DNA of 64,000 nt from Trueperaceae bacterium (GTDB lineage Bacteria; Deinococcota; Deinococci; Deinococcales; Trueperaceae), in assembly GCA_965213925.1 (NCBI GenBank), contig OZ243927.1, forward strand, positions 1,472,001 to 1,536,000, written 5' to 3'. The position numbers were made by a program, and so were the translations under genes. Of this stretch, positions 37,410 to 47,703 are shown piece after piece. How positions within the stretch are numbered: position 1 is the stretch's first letter; every line of letters begins with the position of its first letter. The notes beneath the pieces are model-generated. The model was not told the DNA's origin, did no database searches, and saw only the letters and a list, made by a program, of their open reading frames with translations.

Positions 37410-38558
37410 ATGGAACTGCTCCACAAAGCCGCCTCCGGCGAGAGACTAAGTTTAGAAGAGGGCGTCAAACTCTACGACCTACCTCTTTTCAACCTCGCCG
37501 CCGCCGCCAACGCCGTACGTCAAAGACGCACCGACCCCGAGACCGTCACCTACCTAATTGACCGCAACATCAACTACTCGAACGTGTGCAACGTCGGCTG
37601 CGCCTTCTGCGGTTTTTACCGCACCCAAAAGCAGGCGGACGCCTACACGCTTTCGTTTGAAGAGATTAGCCAAAAGGTTCGTGAATTGGAATCTTTAGGT
37701 GGTACGCGCATCTTGATGCAGGGCGGGGTGAATCCGCACTTAGAGTTCACCTGGTACCTAGACCTCATGAAGCACCTCAAAACGCACCACCCGAGCATCC
37801 GCGTCGAAGCCTTCTCGCCCGAAGAGATTAAAGGGATGAGCAAGCTCACGGGAATGAGCAGCCTAGAGGTTTTGAAGGAGCTGCAAGCCGCCGGTTTGGA
37901 CGGTCTCCCTGGCGGCGGCGGCGAGATGCTCGTAGACGAGGTGCGCCACGCTAGGCACATCTCACCTGCTCGCATCAGTACGGACGACTGGCTCCGCGTG
38001 ATGGAAGAGGCGCAGTCGCTCGGGCTCTACACAACAGCTACGATGGTGATTGGCTTTGGTGAGACACCCGCGCAGCGCATCCAAAGTATGAAGCGCATCC
38101 GTGACCAGCAGGATAAGTCTTTAGCGAAATACGGCAACGGTTTTTCCGCCTTTATCTCCTGGACGCTGCAAACCGAAGGCGTCCGCGTGGAGGGCAAAGC
38201 GCCCGGCGCAGGAGCTCACGAATACTTGCAAAACCTCGCGGTGAGCCGCCTCTTTTTAGACAACATCGACAACTTCCAAGCCTCATGGCCCACGATGGGC
38301 TTCAAGGTGGCGCAAACCGCGCTGCATTTCGGTGCGAACGACTTCGGCTCGACGATGCTAGAAGAGAACGTCGTCTCGCAAGCCGGCGCGAAAAACGACC
38401 ACGCGCCTGAGCGTGAAATCATCCGCCAAGTGACCGAAGCGGGCTACATTCCCCGGCAACGCGACAGCTTGTACGACATTGTCCACACGCCTGATGCGGC
38501 GGCGATTTTGGCGAATAAGCCGGTGGTGGACTTTGAGGCGCTGCCTGCAATTGGTTGA
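37410..38558 (+). CDS. mqnC: cyclic dehypoxanthinyl futalosine synthase (radical SAM)
   Basis: TYLIDRNINYSNVCNVGCAFC, LPGGGGE and GANDFGSTMLEENVV. Confidence 0.9.
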   Translation: MELLHKAASGERLSLEEGVKLYDLPLFNLAAAANAVRQRRTDPETVTYLIDRNINYSNVCNVGCAFCGFYRTQKQADAYTLSFEEISQKVRELESLGGTRILMQGGVNPHLEFTWYLDLMKHLKTHHPSIRVEAFSPEEIKGMSKLTGMSSLEVLKELQAAGLDGLPGGGGEMLVDEVRHARHISPARISTDDWLRVMEEAQSLGLYTTATMVIGFGETPAQRIQSMKRIRDQQDKSLAKYGNGFSAFISWTLQTEGVRVEGKAPGAGAHEYLQNLAVSRLFLDNIDNFQASWPTMGFKVAQTALHFGANDFGSTMLEENVVSQAGAKNDHAPEREIIRQVTEAGYIPRQRDSLYDIVHTPDAAAILANKPVVDFEALPAIG

Positions 38559-38567
38559 GCGCTGGGT

Positions 38568-38789
38568 CTATAGGGCGCTTTCGAATTCTCGAGCCGTCAA
38601 ACCCGCCGAGCGAATGAGACTGCGCAATGTACCTCTTGCAACCTCTTTATGGTTTGGAACGGACAGCGACGCTATTTCGCCTTCCTTGACCATGATGATA
38701 TGACTGCCCTTTTGCCGCGCTACTTGCCACCCCAATTTTTCAAAAGTTTTGACAACCTCTTTGCCGCTCAGCACTGGAAGCGGTGGCAC
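38568..38789 (-). CDS. hicA: HicA family toxin
   Basis: LPVLSGKEVVK...RQKGSH...VPNHKEVARGTL; GTG overlaps the hicB stop (TAGTG). Confidence 0.9.
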   Translation of the reverse strand: MPPLPVLSGKEVVKTFEKLGWQVARQKGSHIIMVKEGEIASLSVPNHKEVARGTLRSLIRSAGLTAREFESAL

Positions 38790-38995
38790 TAAGCGCTCAC
38801 CTCTATCTGCTTGGTTTCTAAAGTGAGCGGAAGTCCACGTTCTGAACGCACCTCCAAGCAGAGCTGAATCGCTTCTCTGACATTTTCTAGCGCCTTTTCC
38901 TTGGTCTCTCCTTGGCTTACGCAGCCAGGAACCGAAGGACATTCAGCAATCCAGACACCATCTTCGTCGCGGTCTAAGGTCACGGTAAATGTCAT
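38789..38995 (-). CDS. hicB: HicB family antitoxin (short form, no DNA-binding domain)
   Basis: DEDGVWIAECPSVPGCVSQGETKEKALENVREAI; TAGACT-N7-ATG. Confidence 0.9.
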   Translation of the reverse strand: MTFTVTLDRDEDGVWIAECPSVPGCVSQGETKEKALENVREAIQLCLEVRSERGLPLTLETKQIEVSA

Positions 38996-39019
38996 AACCT
39001 AAAGTCTATCAGTTCACGC

Positions 39020-39250
39020 TTATTTTTTGTGGACGCTCATCAACTGCCACCATCTACAATTGCGGCAGCGTTTGAGCACCAACTTCGTACCGTAAGCATA
39101 AGAGCGGAGCCCGCCGTAGTCCCACACGTTTGACTCATACCCGCATCCCAGACAGGTGACGAGCCACGTTTTAGACCGCCGCTCAACCTCTTCGAAAAAG
39201 CGTTTTGGCAAGATGGCTTTGAAAGCTTTCTGAGCAAGGCTTAAGCTCAT
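39020..39250 (-). CDS. small zinc-ribbon hypothetical protein
   Basis: CLGC and CRNC pairs; ATG immediately after the upstream stop. Confidence 0.6.
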   Translation of the reverse strand: MSLSLAQKAFKAILPKRFFEEVERRSKTWLVTCLGCGYESNVWDYGGLRSYAYGTKLVLKRCRNCRWWQLMSVHKK

Positions 39251-39251
39251 A

Positions 39252-39644
39252 CTACTCTCGAGCGTCTTCCAACGCTTTCTCAATCACGTAATCACCGTAC
39301 CGCTTCGTGATTTCTTCCACCATGACGTTATTGTAGGCGTCGAGGTAATCCCAGGACCTATCTTTTGCGTCGGCGTGGTCACGCCCTACCTCTATGGAGA
39401 AGCGCGTTTGAAGTATCTGATCGAATTCAGGAGGGGTAGTTATGAGGGGGCCCCAAAGCTCGAGCCTAAGCTTCCCCTGTTCAATATCCTTCAAAGCTGC
39501 GTCGTGTCCCATTTTCTCTATGGTGAAGTCTTCGATTACCGGTGGTTTGACCTCTATCCATTTGTCTTTTGCTGTCGGTGACGTTCCCCACTGACACCCC
39601 GACAAAACACACAACAAAAAGAAGGTCGAAATGAGCTTTTTCAT
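39252..39644 (-). CDS. hypothetical lipoprotein
   Basis: MKK + hydrophobic stretch + LSGC lipobox; TAAACT-N7-ATG. Confidence 0.75.
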   Translation of the reverse strand: MKKLISTFFLLCVLSGCQWGTSPTAKDKWIEVKPPVIEDFTIEKMGHDAALKDIEQGKLRLELWGPLITTPPEFDQILQTRFSIEVGRDHADAKDRSWDYLDAYNNVMVEEITKRYGDYVIEKALEDARE

Positions 39645-39693
39645 TTCGACCAGTTTAGCAGAGAGAGGTTATTCAAGAACGCAGGACTGTCAC

Positions 39694-40245
39694 TCAAGCC
39701 GCCTGCGCACCTTTGAGCTTATCCCCGAACTCTTTCCTCATCTTCCGCACCTTGGGGTCAATCACCACGCGGCAGTAGCCCTGACTCGGGTTCTGCTTGT
39801 AGAAGTTCTGGTGATACGTCTCCGCTTCGTAAAACTCAGACGCGGGCGTGATTTCGGTGACAATGGAGTTGCGGTACAGCTCGGCGGCGTCCGCTTCGGC
39901 TTTGGACTTTTCGGCAATCTCTTTTTGCTCGTCGCTGTGGTAAAAAATCGCCGAGCGGTACTGCGTGCCGGTGTCCGCGCCTTGGCGGTTTAAGGTCGTC
40001 GGGTCGTGCGTGCGCCAGAAGACGTACAAGAGGTCTTCGAAAGAGATAACTTGCGGGTCGAAGGTGATTTGGATGACCTCGGCGTGACCCGTGTCGCCGC
40101 CGCAGATTTCGCGGTAGGTGGGGTTGGGCGTCTCGCCGCCCGTGTAGCCGGAAACGACTCTGTGAACACCTTTTAAGTCTTGAAAGACAGCTTCGACGCA
40201 CCAGAAGCAGCCTGCGCCGAGGGTTGCGGTTTCTGTATTTGCCAT
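39694..40245 (-). CDS. msrA: peptide-methionine (S)-S-oxide reductase
   Basis: GAGCFWC, TGHAEV, HDPTTLNRQG and AETYHQ motifs. Confidence 0.95.
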   Translation of the reverse strand: MANTETATLGAGCFWCVEAVFQDLKGVHRVVSGYTGGETPNPTYREICGGDTGHAEVIQITFDPQVISFEDLLYVFWRTHDPTTLNRQGADTGTQYRSAIFYHSDEQKEIAEKSKAEADAAELYRNSIVTEITPASEFYEAETYHQNFYKQNPSQGYCRVVIDPKVRKMRKEFGDKLKGAQAA

Positions 40246-40285
40246 GAAGTTATTTTACGGCAATATTAGGAGGTCCGTTGCTATC

Positions 40286-40678
40286 CTACAGACAGTTGGG
40301 CCAAAGCGAGGCGAGATAGACCCTAGCCGCCTCTAAAAATGCCCACCCTTCGCGGATGACCTCTTCAACATCCTCTGCCAAAACAGGCGAGTTGATGGAG
40401 TAGTCCCCGATTTGCCGCAGCTCGAACGCTTCAATCATCTTTTGATGAAAATGAGGGGGAAGCACCCCGTCTTTAGCGAAATGCAAACCATACTGAGCGG
40501 TAGTTGCTTTGTGACTCGAGAAGCGTAAGTTCTTGGTGGCAAGCAAAGCCTCGGCGATATAGAAATAACTGTAGTAAGCCCTAGAAGCAGAGAAGTCGTA
40601 GTCGCCTTTTTGAAAGATAGTTTCCGCGACTTCGGGCGAGCGCTTTGCTTTGTCTAAAAGTGCCAACGACGGATTCAT
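40286..40678 (-). CDS. HEPN domain protein (partner of MNT)
   Basis: SRAYY...AEALL...SSH...ELRQIGDY; ATGA overlap with the MNT gene. Confidence 0.85.
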   Translation of the reverse strand: MNPSLALLDKAKRSPEVAETIFQKGDYDFSASRAYYSYFYIAEALLATKNLRFSSHKATTAQYGLHFAKDGVLPPHFHQKMIEAFELRQIGDYSINSPVLAEDVEEVIREGWAFLEAARVYLASLWPNCL

Positions 40679-41007
40679 AAAGGGATACCTTCGGCGTGTA
40701 CATTCCAAAAAAGTGGGTCTTGCGAGAGGTGATACGCCTCGAGGCTCACAGGGACTAAGGTCAAGAGATGCCCGGATTCTAAAGCGAAAGGGTAAACCAC
40801 ATCTGAAGAGCGCATTATCTCTCTGCTCGAGCTAACCTCCCCCTTCAGCAACAAAAGCAAATCCACATCGCTATGCTCCGTCCAATCTCCCCTCGCATAC
40901 GAACCGAAGAGGATAAGCCCAGCGTAACGCTCGCCGTAAAAGTCTTTAAGGCGCTCGTCAAGCTGCGCTAGTAACTGACGTAAATCTTTGGGTAACGCTA
41001 ACGGCAT
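40675..41007 (-). CDS. minimal nucleotidyltransferase (MNT)
   Basis: LFGSYARGD...SDVDLL motif. Confidence 0.9.
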   Translation of the reverse strand: MPLALPKDLRQLLAQLDERLKDFYGERYAGLILFGSYARGDWTEHSDVDLLLLLKGEVSSSREIMRSSDVVYPFALESGHLLTLVPVSLEAYHLSQDPLFWNVHAEGIPL

Positions 41008-41015
41008 ACTCCAGT

Positions 41016-43046
41016 TTAACGCCTAAGTTGCGAGCGCACCTCTTCAACCGTCGTTACGGGTAATCTGCACGCGCCGCCTTCGCAGACGTAGACGGTTGGT
41101 TTGCCCTCTATTTGACCTCTCTCTTGTAAAAAAGGCAAATGAGGAATGAGCGGATCAGCTTGTTCAACCACAGCGAGTGCAGCAAAAGGTGAGGTGTGCT
41201 CGCGGACGGTTTGGAGAAGTTCGTGCACCTCTTCGCCCTCTTTGTTTCCGAAGATGGCGATTTCTCGAGGCTCACTCAACAACCGCTCTAACGCACCGAG
41301 CAGCGTCCCAAAGCCGTTAGGCTGCTGCCTCATTGCCTCTACCATCGGACTTATAGCCCCCGCCGCCAAATCTTCCCACTCACGGTTATCCGTATACCGC
41401 GATAGGGTCAAAAGAAGCTCCGCCGCCGCGCCGTTATCTGAGGGAACCGCCGCATCGAAGAAGTCTTTCGGGCGCACGATGAGCTTTTCTGCGTCATCGG
41501 CGGTGCTGAAAAAGCCGCTGTTTTCGGAATCAACAAAGTGCCGGGTAATCGTATCCGCGAGGTCTAAAGCGAGCAGCAACCACTGGCTGTCAAACGTCGC
41601 TTGGTAAAGTGCTACCAGTCCAAGCCCAAAGTAGGCGTAATCCTCTAAAAGCCCTGCAATCTTCGCTTCGCCGTTTTTATAAGAATGAAGTAAACGTCCC
41701 TCTTGCATCATCTCACGGCGGATGAACTCAGCGTTATTGACAGCAAGCTCGAGATAATCCTCTCGCCCCAAAATGCGCCCTGCATCGGCAAACGCGGCGA
41801 GCATCAAACCGTTCCAAGAGAGGAGGATTTTGTCGTCTAAGCCGGGGCGGATGCGCTTTTCTCTCGCGCTAAAAAGTACCTCATTGATATTCGCCAACCT
41901 CTTGTTAAATGCCTCTAAACTTATATCGAAACGCTTCGCCACCTCTTCTTTTGACTGCGTCACGTTAAGGATATTTTTACCTTCGAAGTTGCCCGCACTC
42001 GAAACGCCGTAATACGCCTTCGCAAGCGGCGCGTCCTCTTTTAAGAGGTCATCGACCTCTCCCTCATCCCAGACGTAAAACTTGCCTTCGACGCCCTCGG
42101 AGTCTGCATCCAACGCGCTGTAGAAACCGCCCGACGAGCCCAACATCTCCCGTTTGACCCACTCGAGCACCCCCACCGCCGTCTCTTTATAAAGAGGTCT
42201 ATCTGTCTGCTGATACGCCTTCAAGTAGCGCCTGACGAGTTGCGCGTTGTCGTAGAGCATCTTTTCAAAATGGGGTACGAGCCACACCGCGTCCACGCTG
42301 TAGCGGGCGAAGCCGCCGCCCAAGTGGTCGTAGATGCCGCCCCTAGCCATTTTTGCGAGGGTGAGGTCTGCCATCTCGAGGGCTTGTGGCTCGGGACGGT
42401 TGAGTAAAAAGTCTAAGGTGCTGTGAGGTGGAAACTTGGGCGCACCGCCGAAGCCGCCAGATGCTCTGTCGAAAGAGGTCTGCAAGTTTTGCAAGGCTGT
42501 TTCTAAAATGCCGGCATTAAGCTCACCGGGTTGGGTGGGAAGGCTCGAGAGCTGCCCCAAATACTGCGTCATCCCCTCCGCCGACTTCATCACCTCGTCG
42601 CGCCGCGTCCTCCAAGCGTTCGCGAGGCTCGTCAGCACGCGCTTAAAGCTCGGGTGTCCGTAGCGGTCTTCAGGTGGATAGTACGTTCCGCCGAAAAAAG
42701 GTTTGCCGTTCGGCGTCATCGCCACTGTCATTGGCCAGCCGCCCGCGCCCGTCATCGCTTGCACGGCGTTCATGTAGATGGCGTCCACGTCGGGGCGCTC
42801 TTCGCGGTCTACCTTGACGCTGACAAAATCTCGGTTCATGAGTTCCGCCGTCGCTTCATCTTCGAACGACTCGTGCGCCATCACGTGACACCAGTGGCAC
42901 GCCGAGTAGCCTACCGAAAGAAGGATGGGCTTGTCTTCCGCATGAGCTTTCGCAAACGCCTCTTCGCCCCACGGAAACCAGTCCACGGGGTTTTCGGCGT
43001 GTTGCAAGAGGTAAGGGCTCGTTTCGAACGCTAAACGGTTAGGCAT
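41016..43046 (-). CDS. thioredoxin-domain/(alpha/alpha)6 protein, YyaL/SPATA20 family
   Basis: [39 protein letters not shown] and [12 protein letters not shown]. Confidence 0.92.
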   Translation of the reverse strand: MPNRLAFETSPYLLQHAENPVDWFPWGEEAFAKAHAEDKPILLSVGYSACHWCHVMAHESFEDEATAELMNRDFVSVKVDREERPDVDAIYMNAVQAMTGAGGWPMTVAMTPNGKPFFGGTYYPPEDRYGHPSFKRVLTSLANAWRTRRDEVMKSAEGMTQYLGQLSSLPTQPGELNAGILETALQNLQTSFDRASGGFGGAPKFPPHSTLDFLLNRPEPQALEMADLTLAKMARGGIYDHLGGGFARYSVDAVWLVPHFEKMLYDNAQLVRRYLKAYQQTDRPLYKETAVGVLEWVKREMLGSSGGFYSALDADSEGVEGKFYVWDEGEVDDLLKEDAPLAKAYYGVSSAGNFEGKNILNVTQSKEEVAKRFDISLEAFNKRLANINEVLFSAREKRIRPGLDDKILLSWNGLMLAAFADAGRILGREDYLELAVNNAEFIRREMMQEGRLLHSYKNGEAKIAGLLEDYAYFGLGLVALYQATFDSQWLLLALDLADTITRHFVDSENSGFFSTADDAEKLIVRPKDFFDAAVPSDNGAAAELLLTLSRYTDNREWEDLAAGAISPMVEAMRQQPNGFGTLLGALERLLSEPREIAIFGNKEGEEVHELLQTVREHTSPFAALAVVEQADPLIPHLPFLQERGQIEGKPTVYVCEGGACRLPVTTVEEVRSQLRR

Positions 43047-43306
43047 AAAACAACCCTAGCGTGAGGTACATCGGAAGTGAGTAAGCCGAGGCACGCTAGG
43101 GCAAAAACACTGAAAAGGTGATGTCGCATATCGCGATGCGTGAAGTAAGAGAACTTCAGTGTTGGGTGAGTCTACCTGTTAGCCCCCCGCCAGTTGCTGA
43201 CAAATGTGAACTTTTTACTTCACGCACTCTTTACAGACTTCACAAGCTCTTTAGACTTCTCACGCACCGGCGCAAGAGGCGTTAATCTGAGAAGCGCATG
43301 AGCTTA

Positions 43307-43606
43307 TTACAGTGCTTCCTCACCCATCCGCGCTTCGTCGTCGGTGTCCTCGGGTGGGTTATCGAGCCGCTCGTACACGTCAACGAGCGTGTTGTAGATG
43401 TCTCTGGCGTCCTCGCTCTGGCTCATCTCCATCCAGTCGAGCGCGTCCGCGATGAGGTCCTCCAGCTGCCGCGCTAAGCCGTCACGCTTGGCGGCTTCGT
43501 TCGACTCTTCGTCCAGCATGTGCGGCACGTCGCTGGCGTTGCCGTCGCGCTCACGCGCTTCGTCATCGGTGTTGTATCTCATTTCCTCTTTGTTGCTGTC
43601 ATCCAT
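43307..43606 (-). CDS. small acidic hypothetical protein
   Basis: AGGAGG RBS upstream; 99-aa D/E-rich ORF. Confidence 0.65.
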   Translation of the reverse strand: MDDSNKEEMRYNTDDEARERDGNASDVPHMLDEESNEAAKRDGLARQLEDLIADALDWMEMSQSEDARDIYNTLVDVYERLDNPPEDTDDEARMGEEAL

Positions 43607-43781
43607 GATGGTCCTCCTAGTAAGGGGAGTTTACGCAATTGCTCAGGTCACATCTGTATCGTGCTCCGAATTACTCCGGTACGGTGGTCAGCATCGAGAA
43701 TTCAGTAGTCCACAGCTCGTCCTATGCCGAATGCTGATACCTGACTACTTGACCGAAGAGCCTCGAGCTTACAATACCCTT

Positions 43782-44426
43782 ATGCCCGATAAGTCCATCG
43801 CCGATTTGCGCCAGAACTACACGCTGAAACGCTTGGAGCCAAACACCCTCAACCCTGACCCCATCGAACAATTTAGGGTTTGGTTGGATGAAGCTATTGA
43901 GGCGGAGTTGCTCGAGCCCAACGCCATGACCTTAGCCACCGTGAACGGAAGAGGTCAACCGTCGGCGCGAATTGTTTTACTGAAAGGGTTGGACGAAAGA
44001 GGCTTTGTTTTTTACAGCAACTACGAAAGTGACAAAGCGCAAGATATGGCGGAGAATTCGAACGTGGCGCTGGTATTTAACTGGTTAGGATTAGAGCGGC
44101 AAGTGCGGATTCGCGGAGAGGTGAGCAAAGTTTCACGTGAAGCGTCGCTCGCCTACTTCAAAAGCCGCCCGCACGCCTCGCAGCTCGGCGCGTGGGCGTC
44201 GCATCAAAGCCGGGTGATCGAGAAACGAGAGGTGTTGGAGAAGAGGTTGGCGGAGCTTCAAGAGGAGTACGAAGAGGGTGAGGTGCCGCTGCCCGAGTTT
44301 TGGGGCGGCTACGTGGTGACACCCTTTGCAGTTGAGTTTTGGCAGGGGAGACCGAGCCGCTTGCACGATAGGTTTTTGTACACGCGAAAGGGCGAAGCTT
44401 GGCAGATTAAGCGGTTATCGCCTTGA
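43782..44426 (+). CDS. pdxH: pyridoxamine 5'-phosphate oxidase
   Basis: EPNAMTLAT, RIVLLKG and EFWQGRPSRLHDR; TACAAT-N6-ATG at 43782. Confidence 0.95.
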   Translation: MPDKSIADLRQNYTLKRLEPNTLNPDPIEQFRVWLDEAIEAELLEPNAMTLATVNGRGQPSARIVLLKGLDERGFVFYSNYESDKAQDMAENSNVALVFNWLGLERQVRIRGEVSKVSREASLAYFKSRPHASQLGAWASHQSRVIEKREVLEKRLAELQEEYEEGEVPLPEFWGGYVVTPFAVEFWQGRPSRLHDRFLYTRKGEAWQIKRLSP

Positions 44427-44500
44427 TCTTTTGTAGTGGTTCGAGAAAGCTACAGGCGTTCATCACAACAGTCAGCAGTGAAGCGAAAGGTTGAATCTCG

Positions 44501-45025
44501 GTGATTACAGAAAAGGTACGCCTAAGACCCGTTGAACATTCAGACTTGCCCTTATTGGCTAAATGGCGTAATGACCCAACGCACAACTCCGAGTACAACA
44601 TGTTTGGGTTTCAGCCGGTGGGACAGCTCGAGGAACAATTCAACAAAAACGGCCTACTTGATCCTCGCGGTGGCACTTTAGTCGTATTAGAAAGCAGAGC
44701 TGAAGACGTAGCTGGAAGCGTTAGTTACCACAGAGTTGTATACGGTCCGAACGAAGGAAGCCAAGCTTACAATATCGGCATAACCTTGAGTCCCAAATTT
44801 CGCGGAAAGGGTTATGGCACCGAGGCGCAGCGACTCTTCGCAGACTACCTGTTTTCAACCTACACCGTGATGCGTGTAGAGGCGTCAACCGATGTTGCTA
44901 ACGTAGCAGAGCAGCAGGCTTTGATAAAGGCTGGGTTTACGCGCGAAGGCGTAGCACGTAAAGCTCAGTGGCGCGCGGGCGACTGGCATGACCTCATCGT
45001 CTATAGCAAGCTTAGAGGTGAGTAA
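44501..45025 (+). CDS. GNAT (RimJ/RimL-like) N-acetyltransferase
   Basis: RGKGYGT, NVAEQQAL.KAGFTREG and WHD motifs. Confidence 0.88.
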   Translation: MITEKVRLRPVEHSDLPLLAKWRNDPTHNSEYNMFGFQPVGQLEEQFNKNGLLDPRGGTLVVLESRAEDVAGSVSYHRVVYGPNEGSQAYNIGITLSPKFRGKGYGTEAQRLFADYLFSTYTVMRVEASTDVANVAEQQALIKAGFTREGVARKAQWRAGDWHDLIVYSKLRGE

Positions 45026-45069
45026 AAGTGCCAAAGCTAACTCGGGGATAGCGTTCAAGAGAGGAAAAA

Positions 45070-45299
45070 ATCGCGAACAAAAGAGATGAGAACTTAATTG
45101 AGCAATGTGTAACTTACGCCCTCGAGCACGCCGGGCGGTTCCACCTCATGAAGAACGTACCTGCGTGTGTGAATGAGGAGACGGGCGAGCAGTTTTCGCT
45201 CCTGCGATAGTAGAGCGCTTGCAGCGGATGATTTTAGACGAGCAGAAGCCGAGCCGAACAATCGAAACGCCTGTGTATGAATTTGACGAGGTTGCTTAG
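45070..45299 (+). pseudogene. decayed YgiT-type (MqsA-like) antitoxin
   Basis: Translates VTYALEHAGRFHLMKNVPACVNEETGEQF, then after a frameshift at CAGTTTTCG, APAIVERLQRMI...RTIETPVYEF. The start position reads ATC after an AGAGGA RBS. Confidence 0.65.
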
Positions 45300-45445
45300 C
45301 CGCTAAACCAGACCTCGCATCTTCGGTGCTAGACTACTCGACAGGTTGGGTACACAAAATTCCTGATACCCTCTGGTATTTTCTCGTCTAACATATGTTG
45401 AGTGCGCGTCTCGAGCTACTTCAACACAGCTTGTGGAGGGATAAG

Positions 45446-45823
45446 GTGAACGGGTTCCTAATCGCCGCAGGACTGCTAGCGCTCTTAACGAGCGGCGTCC
45501 ATATCTTTTTAGGTGGTAGAGACGTCGCGAGACCCCTTCTCGAGGCGCGTTTGGAGGACGAGATCAAGTACACCCTCTACGCTTGCTGGCACTTCGCCTC
45601 TATCTTCTTTGTCCTATCGTCAGCACTTTTTCTTTTGGGAGGGCTCGGTACGGTGAATCTAGGCGCAACTGTAGTCGCGTCCGCCTCGAGCCTCTATATC
45701 GTCTTTGGGCTTATCTTTCTGAATGTCAAGTATTTTGTTTCCGAACCGGGTGGTCTCTCTCGCCTGCCGCAGTGGATACTCCTCACTCCGGTAGGCATCC
45801 TCGGCTTGTTGGGGCTAGTCTAG
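45446..45823 (+). CDS. small four-TM membrane protein
   Basis: GGAGG RBS before GTG; H..GG, CWH and PQW motifs. Confidence 0.7.
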   Translation: MNGFLIAAGLLALLTSGVHIFLGGRDVARPLLEARLEDEIKYTLYACWHFASIFFVLSSALFLLGGLGTVNLGATVVASASSLYIVFGLIFLNVKYFVSEPGGLSRLPQWILLTPVGILGLLGLV

Positions 45824-45844
45824 CCTCAACCACTCCTAATCTAC

Positions 45845-47068
45845 TCAGCCGCTTACAAGCGCAGGCTCCGCGCGCTCCATGCTCGCAAAAACCTCCCTAA
45901 ACTGCGCAATCGCCCAGTCTAGCTCAGCCTTCTCGATAACTAAGGGCGGCGCAAAGCGAATCACATTTTTGCGGGTCTCTTTGCAGAGCAAGCCGCGCTC
46001 GGCTAGAGCTTCGCAGTACTTTCTGGCGTCTTCTGAGAGTTCAACCGCAATGAAGAGACCTCTTCCGCGCACCTCTTTGATCTTGGGGTAGTCGATGCTT
46101 TGAAGCGCTTCTAAAGCGTAGCGCCCTAGCTCCCTTGACCTCTCGACTAAGCCCTCATCCACCAAAATCGCCAGCGCCTCCCGCGCGACGGCGGCTCCGA
46201 GTGGATTGCCCGCGAAGGTGCTGCCGTGATCACCCGCTTGGAAACGTCCTAAAATCTCGCGATTGGCGAGGACAGCGGAGACAGGATAAAAGCCGCCACT
46301 TAGGGCTTTGCCCAGGATGACCATGTCGGCTTTGACGCCCTCGAGCCCCGACGCCGTCAGCCCTCCGGCACGTCCCAAACCTGCCTGTATCTCATCCGCG
46401 ATAAAGAGCACGTTGTTGTCGCGGCAAAGCTCCTCTAACCCTTTCAAAAAGCCCGCTGGCGGCATCACCACGCCCGCTTCGCCCTGAATCGGCTCGATGA
46501 GGACCGCTACCGTGTTGCCGTTCATCGCCTCTTTGACCGCGTCTAAAACGCCATAGGGGACGCTCCGAAACCCCGGCGTGAAAGGTCCGAAGTCCTGCTT
46601 GTACTGCGCCTCACTGCTGAAGCCGACGACGGTGGTTGTGCGCCCGTGGAAGTTGCCGTCAAAGACGATGATTTCAGCTCTATTGTCGGGGATATCTTTA
46701 GTTTGATAGCCCCACTTACGCGCAGCTTTAATCGCGGTCTCGACAGCTTCCGCGCCCGTGTTCATCGGGAGCGCCATTTCAAAGCCCATCAACTCGCAGA
46801 GGTCCCGGAGGAATAAGCCCATCTGGTCGTTGCGAAAGGCGCGAGAGGTCAGCGTCACCTGCCCCATCTGCTCGATCATCGCCCGCTGCAAACGCGGGTG
46901 TCCGTGCCCCTGGTTGACCGCCGAGTACGCGCTCAGCCCGTCGAGATAGCGTCTGCCCTCCACGTCGTGGAGCCACACGCCCTCCGCCTTCTGCACGACG
47001 ATGTCGAGCGGCTTGTAGATGCGTGCGCCGTAGTGCTCGTCTAGGTTGATGTAGTCTTGCGTGTTCAT
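45845..47068 (-). CDS. rocD: ornithine--oxo-acid transaminase
   Basis: LSAYSAVNQGH, MNTGAEAVETAIK, EPIQGEAG, DEIQ, LGKALSGG and HGSTF. Confidence 0.93.
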   Translation of the reverse strand: MNTQDYINLDEHYGARIYKPLDIVVQKAEGVWLHDVEGRRYLDGLSAYSAVNQGHGHPRLQRAMIEQMGQVTLTSRAFRNDQMGLFLRDLCELMGFEMALPMNTGAEAVETAIKAARKWGYQTKDIPDNRAEIIVFDGNFHGRTTTVVGFSSEAQYKQDFGPFTPGFRSVPYGVLDAVKEAMNGNTVAVLIEPIQGEAGVVMPPAGFLKGLEELCRDNNVLFIADEIQAGLGRAGGLTASGLEGVKADMVILGKALSGGFYPVSAVLANREILGRFQAGDHGSTFAGNPLGAAVAREALAILVDEGLVERSRELGRYALEALQSIDYPKIKEVRGRGLFIAVELSEDARKYCEALAERGLLCKETRKNVIRFAPPLVIEKAELDWAIAQFREVFASMERAEPALVSG

Positions 47069-47166
47069 GCCTCTATTATTGAGCGAAGCCTGCGCAAGTG
47101 GAAGACGAAAATCGTTACAATAGACCGTGCTCGCTTCAGAAACTGTTGTTAAAAGCGTTTCATACT

Positions 47167-47592
47167 ATGGAAAATAAATTGCTAGACGCGACTAACGAGA
47201 AGATACTCTCCATCCTCACGGCGAACGCTAGGGCGAGCTACAGCGCCATCGCGCAAGAGGTCGGGCTGAGTGCGCCTGCGGTCAAGGAGCGGATGCGGAG
47301 GCTCGAGGACGCGGGCGTCATCACGGGCTACCGCGTAGAGGTGAATCAGCAGAGGCTCGGCAAGCCCATCGGCGCGTTTATTCTCGTCGCGGTTCCGTAC
47401 AGCCAAGAAAAAGCCTTCGTGCGCTTCGTGAACCAAACCGAGGCGATTGGGAGTTGTCATCACCTCGTAGGAGATAGCGCGTTTATCTTACAGGTCAGAC
47501 TTGAAAGTATGGAGGCGCTAGAGACGCTGCTGAGCGCCTGCATGCGTTTCGGGCAGACGACGACGCACATGCTCTTGTCAAAGGTGAAGTGA
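47167..47592 (+). CDS. Lrp/AsnC family regulator (divergent from rocD)
   Basis: LD.TNEKIL...VGLSAPAVKERMRRLEDAGVI. Confidence 0.9.
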   Translation: MENKLLDATNEKILSILTANARASYSAIAQEVGLSAPAVKERMRRLEDAGVITGYRVEVNQQRLGKPIGAFILVAVPYSQEKAFVRFVNQTEAIGSCHHLVGDSAFILQVRLESMEALETLLSACMRFGQTTTHMLLSKVK

Positions 47593-47703
47593 CGGTAGAC
47601 CGAGCCCCGCCCCTTAAGTGCGTGTATAAAGAAGTGTGACCGCTCATCTTTGCTTACTGCCGACGCTGACGCTCGCTTCACATGAACAAACTCAGCGGAT
47701 GAC

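Noticed and set aside
38790..38942. 124-aa version of HicA
   Set aside because: The extension overlaps hicB; HicA homology starts at GTG 38789.
43398..43781. N-terminal extension of pdxH
   Set aside because: It overlaps a minus-strand gene with a good RBS; PdxH homology and a -10 box indicate ATG 43782.
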